Part shown: one piece after another, positions 48,573 through 57,077 of the stretch | Position numbering within the stretch: position 1 is the first letter of the stretch | How the letters are laid out: every line of letters starts with the position of its first letter | Assembly (NCBI GenBank): GCA_028287465.1 | Contig: JAQBPO010000033.1 | Coordinates: 4,688-68,687 of the forward strand | Reading direction: 5' to 3' | Length of the DNA: 64,000 bases | From: Fibrobacterota bacterium | GTDB lineage: Bacteria > Fibrobacterota > Fibrobacteria > UBA11236 | The notes under the pieces: generated by a model | Told to the model about the DNA's origin: nothing | Databases searched by the model: none | The model's input: only the letters and a program-made list of their open reading frames with translations | Program-made: the position numbers and the translations under genes

Positions 48573-49361
48573 TCAGGCCTCGCCCGCGGGTTTCTTCCAT
48601 ACCTGCCAGGGGGCATTGCCCTTGGTGAAGAGATCCTCCAGCTGCTGGCGCTCCTTGAAGGTGTCCATGGCGGCGAAGAAGCCGTCGTGGCGGTAGGAGA
48701 CGAGCTCCCCCTTTTCGATCAGGCGCTGGAACGGGGCGTGCACGAGTTCGTCGCCGGGCCGGATGTAATCGAAGATGTCCTTGCGCAAGATGAAAAAGCC
48801 GCCGTTGATGACCAGGCCGGTCTGGGTCATGTCATGGATGCCCTTGACCTGGCCCTGATCGTCGACCTCCACGGAATGGAAGGTCTGGGCCGGGGTGACG
48901 CTGAGCAGGCAGGCCACCTTCTTCCTTTTCATGGCGAAGTCCACCAGGTCCGGCAGGTGCAGGCTGCACAGGTTGTCGGCATAGTTGGCCATGAAGAACT
49001 CCTCGCCCTTGAGGTGCTCGCGCACGGCGGACAGGCGCTGGGCGATGTTGGAGCTGATCCCCGTCTCGCAGAAGGTGATCTTCCAGTCATGGATGTCCGT
49101 GTTGAGCATCTTGGTGGAGCCGTCCCCGGCCAGGACGAAGTCGTTGGAGATCCATTCGTTGTAGTTGATGAAGTAATTTTTGATCAGATCCGCGCGGTAG
49201 CCCAGGCAAAGGATGAATTCCTTGTACCCGAAGTGCGCGTAGTACTTCATCAGATGCCAGATGATGGGGCGGTATCCGATCGGGACCATGGGCTTGGGGG
49301 TGTTCTCGGAAAACTCGCGAAGCCGCATTCCCAATCCGCCGCAGAAAAGAACAACCTTCAT
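48573..49361 (-). CDS. rfbF: glucose-1-phosphate cytidylyltransferase
   Basis: 262 aa. N-terminus MKVVLFCGGLGMRLREFSENTPKPMVPIG, with INGGFFIL and APWQVW. Close match to the RfbF/DdhA signature blocks. Confidence 0.82.
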   Translation of the reverse strand: MKVVLFCGGLGMRLREFSENTPKPMVPIGYRPIIWHLMKYYAHFGYKEFILCLGYRADLIKNYFINYNEWISNDFVLAGDGSTKMLNTDIHDWKITFCETGISSNIAQRLSAVREHLKGEEFFMANYADNLCSLHLPDLVDFAMKRKKVACLLSVTPAQTFHSVEVDDQGQVKGIHDMTQTGLVINGGFFILRKDIFDYIRPGDELVHAPFQRLIEKGELVSYRHDGFFAAMDTFKERQQLEDLFTKGNAPWQVWKKPAGEA

Positions 49362-50705
49362 TTACCCATCTCCCGTTTTCGTTTTTCCGATATCGCCGGC
49401 GGGGGCCATCAACCCGCAGGCGCGCAAGGCTTCCGTAGCCCTGAATATACCGCCGAAAGGCAATCCCGACCGCTCGGCGACGTCCAGCAGCGAATGTTTC
49501 CCGTCGCCCAGGTTGAGCGCCCAGAGCATGGACATCTCGTTCCAGTCCCCGTCCTTGCGATCGGCCATGGCCCGGTAGAGCCCCCGTCGGCCCAGTTGCG
49601 GTTCGCCCTTGGGATTGAGGTTGAGGAACACGCCGTCGTGCTCCAGCACCTCGAGGATGGCGAGCAGGGTCGCCAGGGAATCCGCCAGGTTGGCCGGCTT
49701 GATGAAGGCGAGGTTGTCGCCGGAGGTATGGTACTCCGGGAAGCGGCCATGGGGCGTGCGCATCAGGCATCCCACGGGCAGATTGAAGCCCGGGGAGCAG
49801 AACTGCCGCTCATCGTATCCGTAGGGGATGAAATCCTCCACGCGGCCGCCCTTGCCCGCCTGCTTGAGCACATGGGCCGCGGCCCGGTCCACGGCGGCGT
49901 CGCCGCGCCGGCTGCGCTTGTAGGTCATGGGCCCGGAGTCCCCGAGCAGGCTGAGCACCAGGCCGTGCCGGATGCGGCCGAGATCGTCCTGGTTGCGGGC
50001 CAGCCAGGTGATGGCGCCGATGGTCACGGGCAGGAACAGGATGCGATAGGTGTAACGGTGCGGGACCTTGGCCAGGTACCGGGCCAGCTGGTGGGCCACG
50101 GCGATGCCGGACAGGTTGTCGTTGGCCAGGGAAGGATGGCAGACATGGCAGCTGATCAGGATTTCCTCCGGGGTAGAGCCCGGCAGGGTGATCTCGCCGT
50201 AGGTCAGGCCGCCTTCGGTCAGGGACGAGTCGATGCAGACCTCGTATTCCCCTTCCTTCAGGCTTTCGAGCTGGCGATGGGAGAGGCAGAAGCCCCAATC
50301 GTCCTTGTAGAAGGAATTCCGGTACTGGACAAGGTCGGGCTTGTCCGGCATGGAGTGCAGCCGGGGGCGCAGTTCCGCCAGGGTCATGCGGGCCTTCACC
50401 GGCACGCTGTAGCCGACCACGTGCAGGTTGAGGGCCTGGAAGTCCACGACCCGTTTTCCGGAAGCGTCCTTGATATAGGCGTCGCGGATGTTCCATTCCC
50501 GCGGGACCGTCCAGTCGAGCACCTGGGTCCCGGTGGGGACCTCGTGGAGGATAAGGGGAAGGTCTTCCTTCAGGATGCCCAGGGTCTGGCGCACGCCGTT
50601 CCCGGTGATGCTCCGGCAAAGGGGATAGAGCCTGGCGGCCAAGGCGTGCATGGCCTCGCCGGGGTCCTCTTCGCCCAAGGCGAGCTTCAATGCGTTCAGA
50701 TCCAT
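49362..50705 (-). CDS. DUF4910-type aminopeptidase-like (M28-fold) domain protein
   Basis: 447 aa. Family call made from memory of an overall pattern (HVCHPSLANDNLSGIAVA). Abuts rfbF with no gap. Confidence 0.5.
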   Translation of the reverse strand: MDLNALKLALGEEDPGEAMHALAARLYPLCRSITGNGVRQTLGILKEDLPLILHEVPTGTQVLDWTVPREWNIRDAYIKDASGKRVVDFQALNLHVVGYSVPVKARMTLAELRPRLHSMPDKPDLVQYRNSFYKDDWGFCLSHRQLESLKEGEYEVCIDSSLTEGGLTYGEITLPGSTPEEILISCHVCHPSLANDNLSGIAVAHQLARYLAKVPHRYTYRILFLPVTIGAITWLARNQDDLGRIRHGLVLSLLGDSGPMTYKRSRRGDAAVDRAAAHVLKQAGKGGRVEDFIPYGYDERQFCSPGFNLPVGCLMRTPHGRFPEYHTSGDNLAFIKPANLADSLATLLAILEVLEHDGVFLNLNPKGEPQLGRRGLYRAMADRKDGDWNEMSMLWALNLGDGKHSLLDVAERSGLPFGGIFRATEALRACGLMAPAGDIGKTKTGDG

Positions 50706-50724
50706 GCGTTCCCGATCCGGAAGG

Positions 50725-52065
50725 TCAGAGGCCGATGCCTTCGTAGCGTTTCACCGAGCCCTTGTCCAGCATCCGGCGGCCGTCCACGAGGACGGGCTGG
50801 GGCGACAGGGAGGCCAGCAGGGCGGGAACGCGTTCGAATTCCTTCCACCGGGTGATCAGGATGACGGCTTCCGCGCCCTCCAGGGATTTTTCCAGGGAGT
50901 CCGCGATGGCGAGCCCGGTTCCGAACAGGTGCCGGCCCTCCTCGGCGGCGGCGGGATCGTAGGCGGTGACGCGCGCGCCCTCCTTCTGCAGCCTGAGGAT
51001 GATCGGGATGGAAGGGGATTCGCGCATGTCGTTGGTATCCGGACGGAAGGAAAGGCCCAGCACGGTGACGCGCTTGTCCTTCAGGGAAGGGAGATGCTTG
51101 GCCAGCAGGCGGAAGATCTGGTCGGGCTGGCGGGCATTCACGGTGAGGGACGCCTGCAGCATGTCCATGGGAACGCCGACGGCCTTTCCGTGGGCGACCA
51201 GGGCGCTGACGTCCTTGGGCAGGCAGCTGCCGCCGAAGCCGCAGCCGGCCATCAGGAAGGAGTTTATGGGAGGGAAGCGAAGGCCGCCGTTCCCGTCCTG
51301 ATCCGGCAGGCTGAGGTAGCGGCTGAGATGCAGCCCCTTCATCACCTCCACCGTATCGATGTTCCCCAGGACCGCGCCCAGGTTGGCCAGTTCGTTGGAG
51401 AAGGAGATGAGGTTGGCGAGCAGGGCATTGGAGGAATATTTGATCATCTCCGCCGAGCTGTTGTTGGTCCTGAGCTTGGGCACCCCCGGGAAGGCCGCGT
51501 ACAAGGCTTCGACGGCGTCACGGGACCTCTCGTCGATGCCGCCGCAGACGATGCGGTCCGGTTCCATGAAATCGCTGACGGCCTCGCCTTCGGTGAGGAA
51601 TTCCGGATTCATGCCCACGCCGAAGTCCGCCCCGGCGCGCTTGCCGGACGCCTCCTCGAGAACGGACAGCACCACCCCGTCGGTGGTCCCGGGCACCACG
51701 GTGCTCTTGACCACCACCACATGGTAGCCGGGCTTGGACTTGAGGGTCTCGCCGATGGTCCTGGCGCAGGCGCGGATGTATTTGAGGTCGATGCGCTCGC
51801 CGTCGAAAGGCGTGCCCACGGCGATCATGGTCATCTCGGAATCCAGGATGGCCGCTTTCGCGTCCACGGTCGCGCGCAGGCGCTTCCCGATATTGCGGGT
51901 CAGCAAGGCGTCCAGGCCGTTCTCGAAGATGGGCGACTCGCCGCGGTTGATGCGATCCACCTTGGCCGCGTCCAGATCGATGCAGGAGACTTCATGGCCC
52001 TTCTCGGCCAGGCAGGCGCCGGTCACCAGGCCCACGTAGCCCGTGCCCATGATGGAGATCTTCAT
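50725..52065 (-). CDS. nucleotide-sugar 6-dehydrogenase (UDP-glucose 6-dehydrogenase family)
   Basis: 446 aa from ATG 52065 (MKISIMGTGYVGLVTGACLAEKGHEV). Catalytic Cys region (GFGGSCLPKD). The 617-aa track ORF has a spurious N-terminal extension. Confidence 0.85.
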   Translation of the reverse strand: MKISIMGTGYVGLVTGACLAEKGHEVSCIDLDAAKVDRINRGESPIFENGLDALLTRNIGKRLRATVDAKAAILDSEMTMIAVGTPFDGERIDLKYIRACARTIGETLKSKPGYHVVVVKSTVVPGTTDGVVLSVLEEASGKRAGADFGVGMNPEFLTEGEAVSDFMEPDRIVCGGIDERSRDAVEALYAAFPGVPKLRTNNSSAEMIKYSSNALLANLISFSNELANLGAVLGNIDTVEVMKGLHLSRYLSLPDQDGNGGLRFPPINSFLMAGCGFGGSCLPKDVSALVAHGKAVGVPMDMLQASLTVNARQPDQIFRLLAKHLPSLKDKRVTVLGLSFRPDTNDMRESPSIPIILRLQKEGARVTAYDPAAAEEGRHLFGTGLAIADSLEKSLEGAEAVILITRWKEFERVPALLASLSPQPVLVDGRRMLDKGSVKRYEGIGL

Positions 52066-53180
52066 CAGGCCTCCGTCGCGGACGCTTCGAGGTTCCCGGA
52101 GTACCAGATCATGGAGCGCCTTAATCCTTCCGCCGGGCCGATGGTGGGATTGTAACCGAGCTGTTCGCGGGCCTTGGCGATGATGGGCTGGCGCCGTTCC
52201 GGATTGTCGATCAGGTAGTCCGCGTCCACCTTGCGGATCACCTGCCCCTTGTACCCGAAGAGTTCGCGGCCGATGGACGCCACGGTGTCGGCCAGCTGGG
52301 CGACCGAGATTTCCGGCTTCTCGATGCCGATATTGTAGGCTTCGCCGGGCTTGCCCTTGACCAGCACCTTGTAATAGCCCGCCACCGCGTCGGCGACGTA
52401 GCAGAAGGTGCGCTTGGGGCTTCCGTCCGAGCGCATCACGATGTCGCGGCCGGCGAAGACGTCGCGGGCGAAGTCCGGGAGCACGCGCGTGTCCGTGATC
52501 TTGAGGCCGGGGCCGTAGTTGTTGAAAGGGCGGGCGACCTTGATGGGCAGGCCGTGCTGCTGGGTGAAGTTGACGCACAGGGTCTCGCCGTAGCGCTTCG
52601 ACTCGTCATAGCAGGCGCGGGGGCCGGTGCACGATACGTTGCCGCGGTAGGTCTCCGGCGTCGGGATGGAATCCGGGGTCGGGTCGCCGTAGATCTCGCT
52701 GCTGGAATAGAACAGGAACCCGTCGAAGGCCTTGCCCGCCTTGACCCGGCCCTTGGCGTACTCGAGGAGCGAGCGGAGCCCGCCCACGTTGGCGTCCATG
52801 GTCTCGATGGGGTATTTGCGGTAGTAGACCGGCGAGGCTATGGAGCCGGCGTGGATGATGTACTGGAAATCCGGCATGTCGGCCGGAAGCGGCTGGGAAA
52901 TGTCCTGGGTGACCAGGGTCAGGTTGCGGTTGCCCTTCAGGCCGGAAAGCCATTGGGGTATCCCGCGGATGTAATTGTCGTATACGGTCACATGGATGGG
53001 TTTCGCGGACCCTTCCGTCTCGTTCCAGCGCAAGACGGATTGGATGAGGTAATATCCAAGGAACCCCGCGCCGCCCACGATGAGGAGGCGCTTGCCTCCC
53101 ATGCTCCCGAATTCCTCGCGCAGGTTCCCGCAAAGGTAGGCCAAATCCTTGTCGACGATATCGCGTGCTGTCTCGGTCAC
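52065..53180 (-). CDS. NAD-dependent epimerase/dehydratase, UDP-glucuronate decarboxylase (UXS)-like
   Basis: 371 aa. GGAGFLG Rossmann motif, SSSEIYGDP, and catalytic YDESKRYGETL (YxxxK) resembling the UXS/ArnA decarboxylase block. Its stop overlaps the UGDH start. Confidence 0.72.
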   Translation of the reverse strand: MTETARDIVDKDLAYLCGNLREEFGSMGGKRLLIVGGAGFLGYYLIQSVLRWNETEGSAKPIHVTVYDNYIRGIPQWLSGLKGNRNLTLVTQDISQPLPADMPDFQYIIHAGSIASPVYYRKYPIETMDANVGGLRSLLEYAKGRVKAGKAFDGFLFYSSSEIYGDPTPDSIPTPETYRGNVSCTGPRACYDESKRYGETLCVNFTQQHGLPIKVARPFNNYGPGLKITDTRVLPDFARDVFAGRDIVMRSDGSPKRTFCYVADAVAGYYKVLVKGKPGEAYNIGIEKPEISVAQLADTVASIGRELFGYKGQVIRKVDADYLIDNPERRQPIIAKAREQLGYNPTIGPAEGLRRSMIWYSGNLEASATEA

Positions 53181-53210
53181 GGGTCCACTCCTCTTTGCGA
53201 GCCGTAAGGC

Positions 53211-54116
53211 TCAGGTCGCTTTGATTTTTCCGAAATGGCCGGGGGCCATGTGCTTGATGAGTACTTCTTCCGGCATCGGCGCCATGTCCGATCCGCGCAT
53301 GTAATCGACCATGGCGGTCCCGGTGCATTCCGAATCGATGTTGTGCGCCCCGCGGCCCGAGCGTACGTCGTCGAGGTTCACGGTGCGGAAGTCGATGCTG
53401 AACCGGGTCGTCCCGGTCCGGTTGGGCACGGTCGAGTGCAATTGCGCGCCCGAGAACTGGATCATGCTTCCCACGGGGCAGACGATCCGCAGCTGGGGAT
53501 CCAGCTCCACCTCTTCTTCCGGCTTCGGCTGTTCGCGGGTGTCGGACTTGATGTGGGCCGAGGCGTTCTGCCGCGGACCCTCGTTCCAATCCTGGTAGTT
53601 GTATTTCCGGGATCCGTTGCGGACCGGGGTATCCCAGTACTTGGGATGGAAGGCCATGGCATTGCCCGATTCGAAATCGAAGACGGGCATCCACCAGTTG
53701 ACTTGCTGGAAGGGCGCGGAGTACCAGGTGTCCCGATGGGGATGGAAGGCATAGGCGATGCCGTAGCGCAGGTAATCATGGGGCGCGGCGGAGCGCATGC
53801 GCGGCGTGTCCAGGTAGGTCTTCTCGAGATCGTGGCCGGTTTCCCGGGCGATGGCGCGCAGCAGGCGCTTGGATTCCGGATGGTGGATGAATTTCGGCTT
53901 GACCGCCGCCAGGATCTCCACGTACTTCTCGACCTGCATGGTTTCATGCGCCACCTGGGGATCCAATCCGCCGAACCCCTCGAAGAGAAGCTGCTTCGCG
54001 AAGGCGCAGAGTTCCAGGGAGCCCGGCGTCGGCGCCAGGACCATGATCTGCCCATGGTAGATGAGTTTCCGGCGTTGATCCTCGGTCTGTTTCGGATCGT
54101 AGAAGACCGTATTCAT
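53211..54116 (-). CDS. PhyH-like Fe(II)/2-oxoglutarate dioxygenase-fold protein (tentative)
   Basis: ~302 aa from ATG 54116. HxD (FHPHRD), a distal His (AQLHSTV) and RFS spaced as in PhyH-family enzymes. Assignment by motif pattern only. Confidence 0.45.
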   Translation of the reverse strand: MNTVFYDPKQTEDQRRKLIYHGQIMVLAPTPGSLELCAFAKQLLFEGFGGLDPQVAHETMQVEKYVEILAAVKPKFIHHPESKRLLRAIARETGHDLEKTYLDTPRMRSAAPHDYLRYGIAYAFHPHRDTWYSAPFQQVNWWMPVFDFESGNAMAFHPKYWDTPVRNGSRKYNYQDWNEGPRQNASAHIKSDTREQPKPEEEVELDPQLRIVCPVGSMIQFSGAQLHSTVPNRTGTTRFSIDFRTVNLDDVRSGRGAHNIDSECTGTAMVDYMRGSDMAPMPEEVLIKHMAPGHFGKIKAT

Positions 54117-54340
54117 CGAGAGACCCTTCCTTTCGCCGGCGCGCGGGACGCGGTACGGACGGGCCCGGAGCCACACAGGCCCGCGCCGCTCCGGATGTCC
54201 ACCAACATTGACCGATAAGGCATAATTATACCTCCAGACCGAGGGGGATTTGGAAGCGATTCCGCAAGCAAATCCGCCCGGCCCATCCGGAAATATTGCC
54301 TTTCCCGCGCCTGAACGGTATCAAAAAACCACATTCCGCC

Positions 54341-54361
54341 GAAAAACCCCTTTCCTAGGGG
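54341..54361 (-). terminator. intrinsic terminator overlapping the methyltransferase stop codon
   Basis: On the minus strand: CCCCT-AGGAA-AGGGG followed by TTTTTC. The stop codon TAG lies in the loop. Confidence 0.45.
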
Positions 54362-55605
54362 ATTATCCGGGCTTCCGGGATGGGGACGATCCATTTTCCG
54401 CCCCATTCGCGGATATAGGCTGTCTGTTCCATGATCTCGGTAACCAGATTCCACGGACCGATGAAAAGATAGTCCGGCTTCGTTTCCCGGATGCGGTCGG
54501 GGGCGTAAATAGGTATATGCGTCCCCGGCAGGAACTTGCCCTGCTTGTAGGGATTGCGGTCCACGGTATAGTCGAGGAAGTCCGAGCGGATGCCGCAGAA
54601 ATTGAGCAAGGTATTGGTCTTGCCCGCCGCGCCGTAACCGGCGATGGTCTTGCCCTGGCGCTTGGCCTGGATGAGCATGTCCAACAACTTGTACTTCGTT
54701 TCCTTCACCTTCGCCTCGAACGCCTCGTAATGGGAAAGGCGGTTCATGCCCGCCTTCTCCTCGAGGGCAAGCATGGCGGCCAGGCGCGGTTCCACGGGGC
54801 CGGATTCGTCGGCATGCCGGGCGAAGATGCGCAGGGAGCCGCCGTGGGTCGGGACCTCCTCGACATCGAACAGGGTCAGGCCGTAATGGGCGAAGAGCTT
54901 CTGCACGAAGGTCAGGGACAGGTAGGAGAAGTGCTCCTGGTAGATGGTGTCGAACTGGTTGCCCTCCATCATCCGCATCAGGTGCTGGAAATCGATGGTG
55001 ATGACGCCCCCCTTCTTCAGGAGGATCTTCAGGCCGCCCACGAAGTCATGGAGGTTGGGAACGTGCGGCAGCACGTTATTGCCCAGCAACAGGTCGGCCT
55101 GCACGCCTTGCGCGACCAGATCCTTGGCGGTCTGCACCCCGAAGAAGCGCACCAGGGACGGGACGCCCTTCGCTTCCGCGGCCTTGGCCACGTTGGCGGC
55201 GGGCTCGATGCCCAGGACCGGGATGCCCTTGCGCACGAAGTATTGCAGCAGGTACCCGTCGTTGCTGGCGACCTCGATGACCTTGCTGTCCGCGCCGAGG
55301 CCGAACCGGGCGGTGACCGCGTCCGCGTATTTCTCGGCAAGGCGGAGCAGGGTGTCCACGAAGGAGGAGAAGTAGGCGTACTCGGTGAAGATCTTGTCCG
55401 GCGTCACGTACTCCTGCAGCTGGACCAGCAGGCACTTTTCGCAGATGAAGGTCTTGAGGGGGTAGAACTCCTCACCCTGGTTCAGCTCCGAGGCCTCCAG
55501 ATGCGTCTGGCACAACGGGGACATCCCAAGGTCCACCAGGGTCTTTTCCAGGGGCGCCTTGCAGAAACGGCACAGGCCCTTGGTCGCTTCGGTTGTTCCT
55601 GACAT
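54355..55605 (-). CDS. sugar C-methyltransferase (zinc-ribbon N-domain plus class I MTase plus C-methyltransferase C-domain; TylC3/Coq5-like)
   Basis: 416 aa from ATG 55605 with AAGGAG SD 8 nt upstream. CRFCKAPL...CQTH...CEKC putative Zn-ribbon. The 1254-aa track ORF upstream of 55605 is shadow. Confidence 0.7.
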   Translation of the reverse strand: MSGTTEATKGLCRFCKAPLEKTLVDLGMSPLCQTHLEASELNQGEEFYPLKTFICEKCLLVQLQEYVTPDKIFTEYAYFSSFVDTLLRLAEKYADAVTARFGLGADSKVIEVASNDGYLLQYFVRKGIPVLGIEPAANVAKAAEAKGVPSLVRFFGVQTAKDLVAQGVQADLLLGNNVLPHVPNLHDFVGGLKILLKKGGVITIDFQHLMRMMEGNQFDTIYQEHFSYLSLTFVQKLFAHYGLTLFDVEEVPTHGGSLRIFARHADESGPVEPRLAAMLALEEKAGMNRLSHYEAFEAKVKETKYKLLDMLIQAKRQGKTIAGYGAAGKTNTLLNFCGIRSDFLDYTVDRNPYKQGKFLPGTHIPIYAPDRIRETKPDYLFIGPWNLVTEIMEQTAYIREWGGKWIVPIPEARIIP

Positions 55606-55736
55606 GGTTTCGGCTCCTTGCGGCATTCGCGATGGTTCCATCAGACAGAAATAGTACCACTCGGAGTCGTCTCCGGAAAGGTTCCGTTCTTCCGGCGTAT
55701 TGACTTCCTTCAAGCCACCAGGGAAACGAATCGGCT

Positions 55737-57068
55737 CTAAATATGGAAAATTCCGGCGCCGGCGCCGAATACCAGCCGGTATTGGCCTTCCAATAACAGG
55801 CGGTTTCCGGCCACATGCGCCGATATCCGCTTCCGGATCTCCTCCGAACCGGAAACGAGCCCGGCGAACGCGTTCAGGAGGGATGCTTCGGTGAAGCCGT
55901 CGATGGCCAGGGTGTATCCGGAGAGGCCCGCGCGGGACATCACGACGTCCATCTTGTCCTCGTAGGACAAGGCGATGACCGGCTTGCCGGCGCAGAGCGC
56001 GAGGATGACCCCGTGGAACCTGGAGGCCACGATGAACTCGGCGGCCGAAAAGATCGAAAGCAGTTCGGCGACCCCGGCCGGCCTCCGTTCGGAGACCCAT
56101 CGATGGGCTTCTTCGGGGAGATCCCCGCGTACCCTCGCGAGGATGTCCGCATTCGCCGCCGGATCCGTTTTCGCCTGGCTGGGAACGAGGTCCACCCGGT
56201 AGCCGTCCGCCACCAGGCGGCGGCAGAACCCCGCGATCTTGCCGACGTAACCGGAGTAGGCCGCCGGATCGGAAAGGTTCCATCCATGGGGATCGCAATA
56301 CGCCATGGCGTTCACGACCACCATCGGCCTTCCCGGGCCCGTGGGATCCGGCCGGATTCCTTGCGTTGGGAAGCTGAAGGCGAGATCCGGTAAGACATGG
56401 TCCGGTTCGGGCGCGCCCCAGCGTCGCGCCCTGGCCCGCGAATTCTCGTCCCGGAAGGATCGGTACCGGGCCGAGGACAAGGCGATGCGGAGGAACACCC
56501 TGCTGAGGGGGAAGACCAGCTCGCTCGCGCCTACGTTCAGGAAGACGAGCGGGACCCCGGCGCGCCTGCACAACAAGGACCAGAGGAGCAAGGTCCAGGG
56601 ATGCCCCCAGGGACCGCCCCAGTTGTCTATCAACTGCCCGCCGCCCGTGATGATCAGGCAATCCAGGCCTTCCAGATGCTTGCGGCTTTCCCGGGCGAAG
56701 GCGATTTCCCCGGGCACCGCTTTCGCTGCGATCGCCAACCGGCTCAAGGCCCGCCGGAGGGGTCCGGGAACCAATCGTTTGAGCCGGCCCGTCCAGGATA
56801 AGGAGCCTGGCCCGGGCCCGATAGCGATATCCGGCGTCCCCTCCGACCGGGAGGACGGAGCCGGCCGCGCGGCGTGCCTGGAAATGGCGAAGCATGGAAT
56901 GCCGCATCGGTCCCGGGTGTCTTCCGGATTGGCGGAGAATCCCACGGCGGACCATTCCGGCCCAGCGCCTTTCAGGTAGGAGAGCACCGCTTCCACCGTT
57001 GCGGAATCGCCCAGGTTCCCGTTTCCGAAGGTTCCCAGCAACCCGACCCGATGACCCACGGCCCGCAT
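55737..57068 (-). CDS. polysaccharide pyruvyl transferase family protein, paralog 2
   Basis: 443 aa. GTFGNGNLGDSATVEAV N-terminus, paralogous to 43195..44421. Confidence 0.7.
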   Translation of the reverse strand: MRAVGHRVGLLGTFGNGNLGDSATVEAVLSYLKGAGPEWSAVGFSANPEDTRDRCGIPCFAISRHAARPAPSSRSEGTPDIAIGPGPGSLSWTGRLKRLVPGPLRRALSRLAIAAKAVPGEIAFARESRKHLEGLDCLIITGGGQLIDNWGGPWGHPWTLLLWSLLCRRAGVPLVFLNVGASELVFPLSRVFLRIALSSARYRSFRDENSRARARRWGAPEPDHVLPDLAFSFPTQGIRPDPTGPGRPMVVVNAMAYCDPHGWNLSDPAAYSGYVGKIAGFCRRLVADGYRVDLVPSQAKTDPAANADILARVRGDLPEEAHRWVSERRPAGVAELLSIFSAAEFIVASRFHGVILALCAGKPVIALSYEDKMDVVMSRAGLSGYTLAIDGFTEASLLNAFAGLVSGSEEIRKRISAHVAGNRLLLEGQYRLVFGAGAGIFHI

Positions 57069-57077
57069 CCCTCCCGG

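Noticed and set aside
46368-50855. Plus-strand ORFs 46368..47822 (484 aa) and 48333..50855 (840 aa)
   Set aside because: Antisense shadows of flippase 2 and of the PIG-L / rfbF / DUF4910 genes respectively; G/D/E/H/R-rich low complexity.
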